IMG/VR virus record: IMGVR_UViG_3300047554_000255
Span: 1-64,000 of that record
Length of the DNA stretch: 64,000 nt
Direction: 5' to 3' (one strand)
From: a virus
The translations under genes were made by a program, and so were the position numbers. Within the stretch, counting starts at the first letter, position 1; every line of letters starts with the position of its first letter. The notes beneath the pieces were generated by a model that saw nothing but the letters and a program-made list of their open reading frames with translations, did not search any database and was not told where the DNA came from. This document shows positions 36,046 to 47,100 of the stretch, piece by piece.

Positions 36046-37992
36046 ATGAAAACTAAAGCACACTGGGTGATGGACTACGAGACAATCTGTAATTGTTTCA
36101 TGGCAGTCTTCATCCATTACAAGAATGACAAGGTCCGTAAGTACTTTGTGGTATCAGAGTTCAGAGATGACTTTGATGCTTACGTTGACTTCTTAAAAGA
36201 AAACGTTAAAAATCAAGAGTATCATATATCATATAATGGTCTTGGCTTTGACAGTCAGATCACTCAATACGTTCTTGAGAATCATCAAGAGTGGAAAGGT
36301 CTCTCACCTTTAGTTATTGCTCGTATAATCTACGGATATGCTCAGACAGTAATCAATAAGCAAGAGTTAAAAGAGATGCTTGACTATGCACCATACAAGT
36401 TGTCTATCAAGCAGATCGATGTATTCAAGCTTAACCACTGGGATAACCCTGCAAAGATGAGTAGTCTTAAGTGGATCCAGTATAGTATGGATTGGTTTAG
36501 TGTACTTGAGATGCCACATCATCACAATGATCCTATAACATCAGAGGAAACTCAAAGGATGGTACTAGAGTATTGTGTTAATGACGTTGAGAGTACGCGT
36601 AATATTATGGAGATTAGTAAAGAACAGATTAATCTACGTCTTAGCTTAAGCAAAGAATACAAGATTGACTTACTATCTGCATCTGAGCCACGCATATCAA
36701 AAGAGTTGTTTGCTTACTTCTTAACAAATAAGTTAAACATCGAAAAAAGCGTGCTTAAAAAACTACGCACGCCAAGAAAACAAATTATATTAGAGGACTG
36801 TATACTGCCTTATATTAAGTTTAAAACACCTGAGTTTAACAATCTACTTAACTTCTTTAAAAGCAAGGTTGTAGTGGAAACAAAAGGGGCTCTAGACTAT
36901 AAGGTTACATACAAAGGAGTTGATAGTTACTATGGTCTTGGTGGTATCCATGGTGCAACAAAAGCTGGTATCTATGAAGCAAAACCAGGATGGACTATTA
37001 TGTCAAGCGACGTAACGTCTTTCTATCCTAACCTTGCTATTAGAAACGGTTTTGCACCAGAGCATTTACCAAAGAAAGAGTTCTTAGAGTTGTACGAGTG
37101 GTTCTTTGAAGAAAGAAAGAAGATACCAAAGTCAGATCCAAAGAACTATGTGTACAAGATTATCTTGAACTCTACTTATGGTTTGAGTAATGATGAGAAT
37201 AGTTTCTTGTATGACCCACAGATGACTATGCAGATTACTGTAAACGGTCAACTACAACTATCAATGTTGTATGAGATGTTAGCAGAAGCTATACCTGATT
37301 GTCAACCATTAATGCAAAACACAGATGGTCTTGAGATGATGATTCCTGAAAAGGATGTTCAGACATACATGGACGTTTGTGCTGAATGGGAAAAGATAAC
37401 TAATCTTGGACTAGAGCATGATGAGTATAAGAAGATGATTATCGGTGATGTAAACAACTACATTGCTATCTATAAGAAAGAAGGTAAGACACCAAAGTGC
37501 AAGGGTCGTTTTGAGTGGGAAGCATTAAGTTCAAAGAGTGCATCAACGTTGCACAAGAACAAAAGCTTTCTTGTAATACCAAAAGGTATCTATGAGTACT
37601 TTGTTAATGGAGTTAAGCCCGAAGATTATGTTCGTAATCATACTAACTTCTTAGACTTCTGTGGTGGAGCTAAAGCAAAGGGTAAGTGGTTCTTTGAAAA
37701 GTATAGTATTGTTGATGGTGAAGAGAAGTTTGAAAAGCTTCAGAAGATTATCAGATACTATGTTAGCACAAAAGGATCTAAGATCGTAAAGAAAGAACCA
37801 GCATCTGGTAGAGCTATCCAAGTTCTTGCTGATCGATGGTTACTAACTGAGATGAATCTTATTAACGATGACACTGAAACACCAGATGACATCAACTATC
37901 AGTTCTATATTGACAGTATTAACAAAGAGATAGAAAACATCTCAAACATAAAGCAGTCTAACACAGGACAGCTTGAATTATTCGGTTTTTAA
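36046..37992 (+). CDS. polB: family B DNA polymerase
   Basis: Exonuclease motifs DYET, SYNGLGFD, YCVND; polymerase motifs SDVTSFYPN, KIILNSTYG, QNTDG. Confidence 0.93.
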   Translation: MKTKAHWVMDYETICNCFMAVFIHYKNDKVRKYFVVSEFRDDFDAYVDFLKENVKNQEYHISYNGLGFDSQITQYVLENHQEWKGLSPLVIARIIYGYAQTVINKQELKEMLDYAPYKLSIKQIDVFKLNHWDNPAKMSSLKWIQYSMDWFSVLEMPHHHNDPITSEETQRMVLEYCVNDVESTRNIMEISKEQINLRLSLSKEYKIDLLSASEPRISKELFAYFLTNKLNIEKSVLKKLRTPRKQIILEDCILPYIKFKTPEFNNLLNFFKSKVVVETKGALDYKVTYKGVDSYYGLGGIHGATKAGIYEAKPGWTIMSSDVTSFYPNLAIRNGFAPEHLPKKEFLELYEWFFEERKKIPKSDPKNYVYKIILNSTYGLSNDENSFLYDPQMTMQITVNGQLQLSMLYEMLAEAIPDCQPLMQNTDGLEMMIPEKDVQTYMDVCAEWEKITNLGLEHDEYKKMIIGDVNNYIAIYKKEGKTPKCKGRFEWEALSSKSASTLHKNKSFLVIPKGIYEYFVNGVKPEDYVRNHTNFLDFCGGAKAKGKWFFEKYSIVDGEEKFEKLQKIIRYYVSTKGSKIVKKEPASGRAIQVLADRWLLTEMNLINDDTETPDDINYQFYIDSINKEIENISNIKQSNTGQLELFGF

Positions 37993-38002
37993 TAATATAG
38001 TT

Positions 38003-38389
38003 ATGACAAAAGTAAGTATCGATTTTGATGGTACACTCAGTCAACCAGAAGTCCAGGAGTTTGCAAAAGAGCTCCTGGATGCTGGTATTGATGTATGGGT
38101 AGTAACAACACGTTATGACGAGAATCACTTGCATAAGTATGCAATGGATTATCCACCAACGTTAGAAGATTTATGGGAAGTAGTTGAAAAACTGGGTATT
38201 CCAAGATGGAAGGTAAGATTTACCAACATGGAATGGAAGTATACCTATCTATGTGACACTGAGTTTGTCTGGCACTTAGACGATAATGACCACGAGATTC
38301 GTAGGGCTCTTTATAATAAGTGTAAAGTACCAATGATACAAGTTGCTCGCGAAGATTTTAAGGAAGAGTGTTTACGTTTAATCAAATAA
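38003..38389 (+). CDS. HAD-superfamily phosphatase
   Basis: SIDFDGTL, VVTTR, HLDDN; start moved to ATG 38003. Confidence 0.8.
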   Translation: MTKVSIDFDGTLSQPEVQEFAKELLDAGIDVWVVTTRYDENHLHKYAMDYPPTLEDLWEVVEKLGIPRWKVRFTNMEWKYTYLCDTEFVWHLDDNDHEIRRALYNKCKVPMIQVAREDFKEECLRLIK

Positions 38390-38391
38390 TC

Positions 38392-38820
38392 ATGAAAGTA
38401 AAAGTAAAAAAGCTGCATGCTAATGCAGTAGCCCCTAAGTTTGGAAAGCCTGGTGATGCAGGTGCAGATCTTACAGCTACAAGTATTGATACATCACGTG
38501 GTGGTCAAGTAGTATACGGTACTGGTATTGCTGTTGAGATACCAGAAGGAATGGTAGGACTTGTGTTTCCACGTTCTTCTGTACGTAACTTCCCATTAAT
38601 TATGAGTAACTCTGTAGGTGTTATTGATTCTGGTTACAGAGGAGAAGTTATGGTTACGTTTAATCTTACTTCAAAAGAATGGTTTACTGATCTTTATAAA
38701 GTAGGTGATCGTATTGCTCAATTAGTAATCATGCCTGTACCATTGATTGAGTATATGATTGTTGATGAGTTATCTGAAACTGAACGCGGAACTGGCGGAC
38801 ACGGTTCAACAGGAAAATGA
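38392..38820 (+). CDS. dut: dUTPase (trimeric)
   Basis: AGADL, PRSS, GVIDSGYRGE, RIAQL, RGTGGHGSTG. Confidence 0.96.
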   Translation: MKVKVKKLHANAVAPKFGKPGDAGADLTATSIDTSRGGQVVYGTGIAVEIPEGMVGLVFPRSSVRNFPLIMSNSVGVIDSGYRGEVMVTFNLTSKEWFTDLYKVGDRIAQLVIMPVPLIEYMIVDELSETERGTGGHGSTGK

Positions 38821-39260
38821 CACACCTAAAGACTTGCTTATATCTTGATGATGTACGTACTCCACTAGAAGATAAGCCTGGATATCATCCATGGGTTATC
38901 GTTAGAAACTATGATCAGTTTGTTGAATACATAACTCAGCATGGAGTACCTGACTTTATATCGTTTGACCATGACTTAGGTAAAGAACATACTAATGACT
39001 ACTTTGCTCAAGTATTAGCTCAGGGTTTCCAAGATCCTAAGTACGATGACTATAAAGAAAAGACTGGTCTACACTGTGCTATGTGGCTAACAGAATATTG
39101 CATGGATAATAATGTTCCTCCAAAGACATGTGCTGTTCATAGTCATAATCCTGTAGGATCTAATAACATACAAAGTTGTATTAATAGTTTTAAGAAACAT
39201 CTAGGACTTCCTCAAGATTGTTATCTTGGAAGAGTACCTTTTAAAGTAACTGAAGAATGA
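38817..39260 (+). CDS. cyclic-phosphate-processing receiver-like domain protein
   Basis: LYLDDVR, ISFDHDLG, KTG..CA.WL, VHSHNPVG. Confidence 0.8.
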   Translation: MTHLKTCLYLDDVRTPLEDKPGYHPWVIVRNYDQFVEYITQHGVPDFISFDHDLGKEHTNDYFAQVLAQGFQDPKYDDYKEKTGLHCAMWLTEYCMDNNVPPKTCAVHSHNPVGSNNIQSCINSFKKHLGLPQDCYLGRVPFKVTEE

Positions 39261-39973
39261 GAAAGAATCTAATAGGTATATCAGGTAAGATTGGTTCAGG
39301 AAAAGATACGGTTGGTAAAATCATACAGTATCTAAGTTCTGAATCATCTCAACAAAGAGGTAGAACGTTTGAAGAGTTTCTTAGAGGGAATAGTAATCCA
39401 GATGCTTATGGTTATTACTACCACTCTGATTGGGAAATCAAGAAGTTTGCTGGTAAACTAAAAGAAGTAGCTAGTTTGCTTACAGGTATTAGCGTACATG
39501 ACTTTGAGGACCAGGAGTTCAAGAAAACTGAGTTAGGTCCTGAGTGGAATCAGACAAGACTTTATAATAGCAATGCTCCGTGGATGACAGGTAATGAAAC
39601 ATACGAAGTACCTTTAACAGTAAGAGAACTCTTACAAAAAATAGGTACTGAGTGTATGAGAGATTGCCTACATGAAAATGTATGGGTCAACGCTTTATTT
39701 GCTGACTATGAATGTACTCACTCAGATCATTCCCCACATGGAGTTGACTGTTCTCAATGGCTTATTACTGATACACGTTTTCCTAATGAAGCACAAGCTA
39801 TAAAAAGCAAAGGGGGGATCATAGTTAAGGTAACTAGACCAGGGGAACAACAAGGTACTCACCCTAGTGAGACTGCTCTTGACGATTGGGACTTTGATGT
39901 TGTTATAGAGAACAACGGATCTATAGAAGATCTAATAGAAAAAGTTAAGATACAGTTAGGAGATATGCTATAA
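39257..39973 (+). CDS. deoxynucleoside monophosphate kinase
   Basis: IGISGKIGSGKDT, FAGKLK, RELLQKIGTE, ITDTRFPNE, HPSE. Confidence 0.9.
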   Translation: MRKNLIGISGKIGSGKDTVGKIIQYLSSESSQQRGRTFEEFLRGNSNPDAYGYYYHSDWEIKKFAGKLKEVASLLTGISVHDFEDQEFKKTELGPEWNQTRLYNSNAPWMTGNETYEVPLTVRELLQKIGTECMRDCLHENVWVNALFADYECTHSDHSPHGVDCSQWLITDTRFPNEAQAIKSKGGIIVKVTRPGEQQGTHPSETALDDWDFDVVIENNGSIEDLIEKVKIQLGDML

Positions 39974-39978
39974 TTAAG

Positions 39979-39986
39979 TATCTTTG
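39979..39986 (+). promoter_or_regulatory. Bacteroidota -7 element (TATCTTTG)
   Basis: Intergenic TAnnTTTG just after the kinase stop. Confidence 0.55.
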
Positions 39987-40016
39987 TATCACTTGTATGT
40001 TATTGTGTAGTTCGGT

Positions 40017-40058
40017 TGCTACCTACCTTCCAAACGGAGAAAGGCAGCATTTTTTTTT
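40017..40058 (+). terminator. terminator-like hairpin
   Basis: TGCTACCT...AGGCAGCA imperfect stem followed by T9. Confidence 0.6.
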
Positions 40059-40076
40059 CACTTAAACTAACAAGCA

Positions 40077-40283
40077 ATGTTTGCAAGCATAGAATTATCA
40101 GTACAGGACCTAGAAGACTTTACGTTTGAACTAGGTATAACTCTTAACAAATACCATGAATCAACAGCTGATCATCAATGGACAAGAAAAGAGCTATCAT
40201 TTGGCTTCTTATTGTTTTCTATAAAGCTAAACTGGATCTTTGACCTAGAAATGTATCAAGGAGAACAAGATGAAGAAGAATAA
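40077..40283 (+). CDS. hypothetical protein
   Basis: 68-aa ORF, last of the + strand block. Confidence 0.6.
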   Translation: MFASIELSVQDLEDFTFELGITLNKYHESTADHQWTRKELSFGFLLFSIKLNWIFDLEMYQGEQDEEE

Positions 40284-40313
40284 AAAAGGGGCCCTTAAAG
40301 CCCCTCTTCTTTT
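40282..40313. terminator. bidirectional terminator between convergent blocks
   Basis: A6-GGGGC-ccttaaa-GCCCCT-cttctttt. Confidence 0.7.
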
Positions 40314-43300
40314 ATCTAACGTTACCCATTCGACCTGAGTAGTAAATTATACGGTTGACGTTATTAACATAAGGTAAGGACTTACTAATCTTTAATAAAG
40401 TTCTCTCACCATCATATTCTAATGTACCCTCTTCATCTGTCTTCTCAACACGAGCAAGATAATATGTTGTTGCTACAACAGCATCTCTTGTTTGATTAAG
40501 AGTAGCTGTTATTGGTACAGCATTCTGTAATAGTTCAGAGAAAGAGAACGGGTTAATATAATATGTTAAGTCACGATTTAATAGAGTAAGCTGATTAAGT
40601 AATATGTTTGCATACTTCTTATCTTCATCGTCCTCATCATCACCTCCAATAGCAAGCTTTAATGCTAAGTAAGTCGCTGCTAGTACTACAATAGCTGCAA
40701 GCTCCATCATCATCTTTCTGATATTTGCAACCTGCATCTTATCTAATCCTTCAACTTCTCCTTTTGTTATAGCATCAATGATCTCTGATATTGATTCCTT
40801 TATTCTTAGACCATCATCGTTTATGAAGTTACCAAAGAATGTTTTATAGTATCCCTCTGTATCTCTCTCTAGTATAGGATCGTGACGCTTAGTCTCAAAA
40901 CGAGTAGCTAATGTTTCAGGCAACCATGATCTAAAGACGAATAAGATACGACCAATGATATTATCTTTACCAGCTAATGACTGAACATCACCAGAGAAAC
41001 CATGAAGCTTCTTTGAGATCTGATTAATCTTTAGCATTGATTTATCATATACTTCATCAAAGGTTTTACCACCATTTGCTTCCATATCCCACTCACCAAA
41101 CTTTTCAGTATCTATGTTAAGATCTTTATCCATGATCTCAAATAGATTAAACTCTCCTTTTGTTGTCTTAACTTTTGTGTTTAACAACATAGCAATAGCC
41201 GTCTGAGATCTAAAGAAATAATCTGTTGACTTCATCAAACTAAATGGACTAGGAATAGCACTCTTGATAGTATCAAGCATACTTCTACCGTTTAATCCTT
41301 TTATTGCATGAGCAAAGGTATTATCTTCTCCTTCAATAGTCTTAGTGTCAAGCATCATACGCAAAATCTTTTCAGACTGCTCTGACTCAATGGTTCCCCA
41401 TGATACATATTTAGCAACAGATGTCTTTAGTATAGAGGTTGCTTTTCTTAGTTGTGCTGAATCAAAGTCTTCTTTACCATAAGCATGTATCTGGTTATTG
41501 ACACCACCAACAGCTAAGTTTCGAACAGCTGAGAATGGGTTTAATGCAATACCTTTCTCTCTTGTAAACTTATTAAAAGCATCAAAGAAGCTACTAATAC
41601 TTAAGTTTCTACCACCAAGTTCATAATAAGCATCTGTCTTTTCTGTTATCTGACGTTCAATACTTTTCCGCTCAGCAGTTGTTAACGAGCGATTGTTCTC
41701 TAACTCTTGTGATAATGCTTCAAGTTCTTTCTCAAGAGCTTTTGCTTGCTTATACTTCTCAGACTTATATGTTCCAAGTGTTAATAACTCAAGTGAGTTG
41801 TAAAAAGGTCTGTCCATTACTCCTTCTGCTTCAGGAGTTATTCTATAGAATGATCTTAGTACAGTACTTTGAACCATCTCTTGTAAGACTTTTGGAGCCT
41901 CACTAACAACAACATCTCCTTTTAAACGTACATTCTTTGTTGAAGAAGTAGCACCTTGAACAATATTGTTGATCGTATCAACAGTATCCTGAACCTCAAT
42001 CTTATGTTTATAGATAAGAGCCATGTCACTGAACAGCTTTGCAATAAGATTTAAGTCTGTACTGCGTTGTTCAACTGGAACGTTCTCGTTTATAAAACGT
42101 GGCGTGAAACCATAACGTGTTACGCCGCTAATAGGATCAGCTTTACCTGCTGTCTTGTAATCGATTGTAGTTAAGTTTTTAAAAAACCACTCATCGATAC
42201 CTTTCATGCCTTCTTTAAGACCAGACAAACCATACTCTTTACTTAATCTTTCTGTTACAACAGGTAAGAAGTTAGACTGCAAAGAGTCAATCTCATCTTG
42301 TGGAAGATAAGACAACTGTTGCTTCATAAAGTCACGGAAGAAAACATAGAACTCATATAAGTCTTTATCTGCTGCAATCCTAGCAAAGTCTTGGTCATAG
42401 TAGTTACTATTAGTACCATTAACTATCTTACGTGGAATCTTGATAGAGTACTTACTGCCTTTTGTTACGGTTGCTCGATCAAACTTTAGCGTACCATTAA
42501 TCAAAGCATTGTATGCTAACGGATCATTGATCTTCTTCCACTCTTCAACTTGCTTCTCTATATACTCTTCGTCAGTACCATCCTCTGGTTGTAATACAAC
42601 AATACCTTTTATAATATCATCTTGCAAACTAATAGAGAATGTTTCTGCATCAGTAAGATACTGAGAGTAACGAGCTCGTGCTTGTTTAACAAAGTCATTT
42701 ATCTCTTCTGCAGTAAAGCCTTGATTCTTAAGATCGTTTATTACATTAAGTCTTTGCTCATCAGTAAAAGCACTTGTGTTAATAAAAGGAGCTGAGTTAA
42801 AAGCAATTGTGTGTTCTTTAACCCATTGGTTATGCTCAGCCCATACAGCAGCAACAACTTCTTTGTTATCTTTTGCTGTATCAAGATTCTCTTTTAACTG
42901 ACGGTATCTTCTTTTTATAGACTCATACCACTCCTGAGAGAAACGACCTTTAAATCCAAGAGTTTTGATAGGTTCACCAAAAGGATTCTTAGTCTCTTGC
43001 TGCTTAATAAACAGATCAAACCCGTTCTCTTTGAACAAAGGATTATCCATGATCTTTGCAGTTGCTTCGTCAATCTTTTTGTGATTACGGTTATGCTCTT
43101 TTTCAATACGCATATTAACCTCAGTGATCAACTTAGCTAGGTATCCAACAAGCTTGTTATCAACAGTTGTGATATCACGAGCTTTTGCTTTCCAATAGCT
43201 GACATCTTTCATTGCTTCGATGTCTTTTATTGTAACCTCTTGACCTTCACCAACATTCTTGTTGATTGCTTTTAGTATCTCGTTCTTTGCAAAGTAAGCA

Positions 43301-44133
43301 ATACGATTGTTAAAAGACTGAGCTGCATCATTAATCTCTATTAGAGTATCCCTAGTAGTAAAAGTACCATCTGAATCAGCAGGTACCTCCATGATGTTTG
43401 GAATATTAAACAAACGTTCCATGTTTGTCCAGGTCTTTATAATATCATCAGCAAGTAATAACTCACTTAATGATACAACAGAACCAGACAACATCTCTTT
43501 TATTGTTTGGATATCAGCTAAACCTTGAGCAACAACAATCTTAATGCTGTTCTCTTTTTGTAATGTATCTATCTGAGTCTCAAGACGTTTGATCAAAGCA
43601 TTATAATACTTTTCACGCTCAATCTTCTGCTCTTTTGAATACTCTTTGTTTAGCTTAGCTCTTTCTCTTGCATCAACATGTTGCTTGATACGATCTTTTA
43701 ACTCATCACGCATCAACTTAACTGTTGGAAGCAATCCTTTTATAGACTTAACTCTTCGTGAAGATAACTTAACATCTAATGGATGAGTGAACTCAATGAA
43801 GTCAAAGATAGAACGAGTAAGTCCATCCTTTGTAATAGTATAATCAGCATTAATCTTTGGCTCTTCTACCCACTGACCATACCATGACTGGAACTTTGGT
43901 GTGTACAACGTAAGATAAATACCTAAAGCTTGCTCACTAGGATCAGTAGTATTCTTTATGTACTTACCTACATGCTTTTGCAACGAAGCATTGATGTTTC
44001 CACCATGCTCCGCTGGAAGACCTTTAGTCTCAATCCCAGATAATATATCGTAATAAGCAGTTGATACTGTCTTCCCATCAGGTAGACGCACATCTGTGAT
44101 TAAGTTATTCTTTCTTTTAATAAGGCAAGCCAT
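40312..44133 (-). CDS. large virion cargo/ejection protein (1273 aa)
   Basis: Follows the virion RNAP as in crAss-like gene order; helical; hydrophobic segment near the C-terminus; single Cys at position 3. Confidence 0.75.
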   Translation of the reverse strand: MACLIKRKNNLITDVRLPDGKTVSTAYYDILSGIETKGLPAEHGGNINASLQKHVGKYIKNTTDPSEQALGIYLTLYTPKFQSWYGQWVEEPKINADYTITKDGLTRSIFDFIEFTHPLDVKLSSRRVKSIKGLLPTVKLMRDELKDRIKQHVDARERAKLNKEYSKEQKIEREKYYNALIKRLETQIDTLQKENSIKIVVAQGLADIQTIKEMLSGSVVSLSELLLADDIIKTWTNMERLFNIPNIMEVPADSDGTFTTRDTLIEINDAAQSFNNRIAYFAKNEILKAINKNVGEGQEVTIKDIEAMKDVSYWKAKARDITTVDNKLVGYLAKLITEVNMRIEKEHNRNHKKIDEATAKIMDNPLFKENGFDLFIKQQETKNPFGEPIKTLGFKGRFSQEWYESIKRRYRQLKENLDTAKDNKEVVAAVWAEHNQWVKEHTIAFNSAPFINTSAFTDEQRLNVINDLKNQGFTAEEINDFVKQARARYSQYLTDAETFSISLQDDIIKGIVVLQPEDGTDEEYIEKQVEEWKKINDPLAYNALINGTLKFDRATVTKGSKYSIKIPRKIVNGTNSNYYDQDFARIAADKDLYEFYVFFRDFMKQQLSYLPQDEIDSLQSNFLPVVTERLSKEYGLSGLKEGMKGIDEWFFKNLTTIDYKTAGKADPISGVTRYGFTPRFINENVPVEQRSTDLNLIAKLFSDMALIYKHKIEVQDTVDTINNIVQGATSSTKNVRLKGDVVVSEAPKVLQEMVQSTVLRSFYRITPEAEGVMDRPFYNSLELLTLGTYKSEKYKQAKALEKELEALSQELENNRSLTTAERKSIERQITEKTDAYYELGGRNLSISSFFDAFNKFTREKGIALNPFSAVRNLAVGGVNNQIHAYGKEDFDSAQLRKATSILKTSVAKYVSWGTIESEQSEKILRMMLDTKTIEGEDNTFAHAIKGLNGRSMLDTIKSAIPSPFSLMKSTDYFFRSQTAIAMLLNTKVKTTKGEFNLFEIMDKDLNIDTEKFGEWDMEANGGKTFDEVYDKSMLKINQISKKLHGFSGDVQSLAGKDNIIGRILFVFRSWLPETLATRFETKRHDPILERDTEGYYKTFFGNFINDDGLRIKESISEIIDAITKGEVEGLDKMQVANIRKMMMELAAIVVLAATYLALKLAIGGDDEDDEDKKYANILLNQLTLLNRDLTYYINPFSFSELLQNAVPITATLNQTRDAVVATTYYLARVEKTDEEGTLEYDGERTLLKISKSLPYVNNVNRIIYYSGRMGNVR

Positions 44134-44135
44134 AC

Positions 44136-47100
44136 TTATTTACATTGATTGTTTAAAGAGTAGTCACTAAGATTATCTGTCGCTGCACTAAACAAGGTTG
44201 TTTGACCTGTAGTATCTGTACTGTCTTCAGTCTTTGTATCAACAACACTAAGCAAGTTAGTAATATTTTTTATACCTTGATCTAATACTGAGTCAGTTTT
44301 TACATCCATACCTAATGCTTTTGTTAAAGCTTGAAGTAAACGCTTTAATATATCAGCAAACTTAAACGTCACTGTCTTCTTTGATGAGTCAACAGAAACT
44401 CCATTCATAAACTCCTGGAACTTCTTATCAGTCATTAACATACTAACAAACTCATGTTCGCTTGTTAAGCCGTAGTACATGCTCTTCTCGTCTTCTGTAA
44501 GAGTGTTAGCATCACTATCTTCAAACACAGAGTTAGAAACTTTTGCAATAACAGCCTTTAGTTTTTCAGCATGCTCTGGATTTGATAATAAAGACTCTCT
44601 TGTTAATAGATATAACTGCTTAATAGAAGCTGCATACATACGCTCTTCTTTAATCTTATAAGCAGAAGCCTTACCACTTAACTTGAACAATGACTGAGCT
44701 GTATATCCATGTAATAACTCATGAACAATAGCATCCTCAAGATTTTCACTTCTTGACTTAGCACTGTTACTTTGTAGTACAAGATCAGGATTAATCACAA
44801 TCTGATTAGTTACTGTATTGTATATCGCAGGATCAGAGATAGTATTTAACAATACAACTGATATTTTATTCACATCACCAGTAAACTTAAGTGAGTCAAT
44901 CAATACTTTGTAGAACTCATTAGATGTATTAGCTCTTACCTTTGTTAGAACAGAAGCAAGTGTATTAACACCTTCAGCATCAGGAATATAATCTTCTATT
45001 ACAGAAGTATCAGATGCTATTGGAGATCCGTTAGAAGCATTTGTATCTTCACCACTTAAGAATATCTCAGGATCAGAAGGCATATCAGCAAAACTAAACA
45101 AGTCCATACTAGCAACTACAACATCATCATCCATCTGAGGAATAAATGTATCCTCAGCAAATAAATCAGTAGGCTCTTGTGTAGGGATAGCTTCTCCGTA
45201 TTCTAGCTTAATATTATTAAACTGACCAATCTCAGAAGCTTTATATCCTTTTGCTTCAAGATAGTTCTTTACAAGAGTATTGATACCTTCTGCTTTACTG
45301 TATAATACAACAGATGCTTTTGCTTTTATAATACTCTCAAGCATTGGAACATATAGATCCTCAAACATTGGAGATAACTTATCAATAGCTTCGTTTCTTG
45401 TAATATGGTTAAGCTTAGCATCAGGTGATAATACCTCAATGAATCGCTCACCAGATACAAGAACTACATCTTTATCAGTATACTCACCTGTATTAATGTT
45501 TCCTTTATAACGTGATGATAAAATATTATGCTTGTTCGTAGGATTGTTAGCATCATAAGGGAATGATACTGCCGTAGTTGCATAATTAGATAACTCAATC
45601 TCATCAACAACAAGACTAGTATTACCTGCAAACCCAATAAATGGATTGGTATCAGCTGTAATAATCTTCTCAAGCTTCTGACTTGGTAACAAGTTACTAA
45701 AGTCAACAGAGCGCATTGTTGCTGGATTAACACCTAACTGATATTCATATGCTGAGTTGTTTCCTAGTGTTTGTATTCTCTTGTATGAGTTTTCTCCAAT
45801 ACGTTTAAATAATAGTATTTGACTATTAACATAGTAACGCAAGAACTTAGGGAATGTTGGTACTGTATTCTTATAACCTTCAAGCGACTGGAAAGAACTG
45901 TTTATAAGCAAATGAGTCATGTTTTTTGGTAAAGTATAAATACTTTCTCCTCTTGAATCTTTTGTTACAGTATTTGCATTTGTCAACGCTTTATATGCAT
46001 CCTTATCAATATAAGAAGCCATATCAGGATTATTCATGATATACTGCTCATAGAAGTTATCAACGTTTTGTCTAAACGTGTCATAGAACTTACCAATGAA
46101 ATCTGTGTGCTGCTTATTAAGCAATCTTACTTCAATAGGAATGTATCTAAAGAACGAAGCTTTATCTGCAACAGATCCACTAACAAACGCATACTTGATT
46201 AAGTCTTTACCAATACTTGCTATCTCAGGATCTTCGTTTAGCATTAAGTCTAAGAAGCCTTTATTGTTTGCAAGCTCGTCAATGTCTTGACTAAATGGAG
46301 ACTTATACTCTACTGATTTAATACTTAATCTTGTTTTACCTGCTGGTATAACGGGTTTTAATCTAGCAAAGAAGTAGTTGTTCTTTAACTCTGGATACTT
46401 GATGTTTAAGGCAAGAATACGCTCAGCTAAAGAAGGATTTTGTTCTGTACCAACAAGAAGTCTATATCTCTCTTCTTCCATATCACCAGTAATAAAACCA
46501 GCTTCTGGGCTACTGTAGATATATGCTTTCAAGTTGCTAAGAACATCTTCAGCTAAAGCATTAAACTTAATTCGACCATAGTTGTCAACACCACCTTTGC
46601 CCTTGTTCTTTTGAGTAACGATCTCTTCTAATAAGTTCTGGAATACTGTATCAAAGTGAATAGGAGATACCTTACTTAATACCTTATATGCTAAGAAGAT
46701 ACTATTCTTCACAGCATGACCAGTCTGAGTAGTTGGTGTAAAGTCAACGCTTTCACTAATTGGATCAGTCTCAAACTTACCAAAGATAGTATCGATGTTT
46801 AATAATCTATCAACAACTACAGGATCTCTTTTTAATGGCTTAATAACAACAGGTAAGCCTTCGCCGTATTGAGTATCAGCAGCTTTTGCAATACTCTGGA
46901 ACTTACGATACTTACTTAGTAAAGTAAACAAGTTAGATCCAATACCTTGACTAATAACGTTACTGTTATTTAATAATGTTGATTGAGGTGTGCTGTAAGC
47001 ATGTAGTGTCTCATAGTAAGTAAGAATAGATAACTGCTTCATGATAAACTCATCAAGTGCTTTTCTATCTTCTGGCTTAAAGTTGATATCTGCTGGCGAA

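Noticed and set aside
14016-38820. Uracil-substituted or hypermodified genome
   Set aside because: Ung plus dUTPase argue for normal thymine DNA; no base-modification cluster is recognisable in this window
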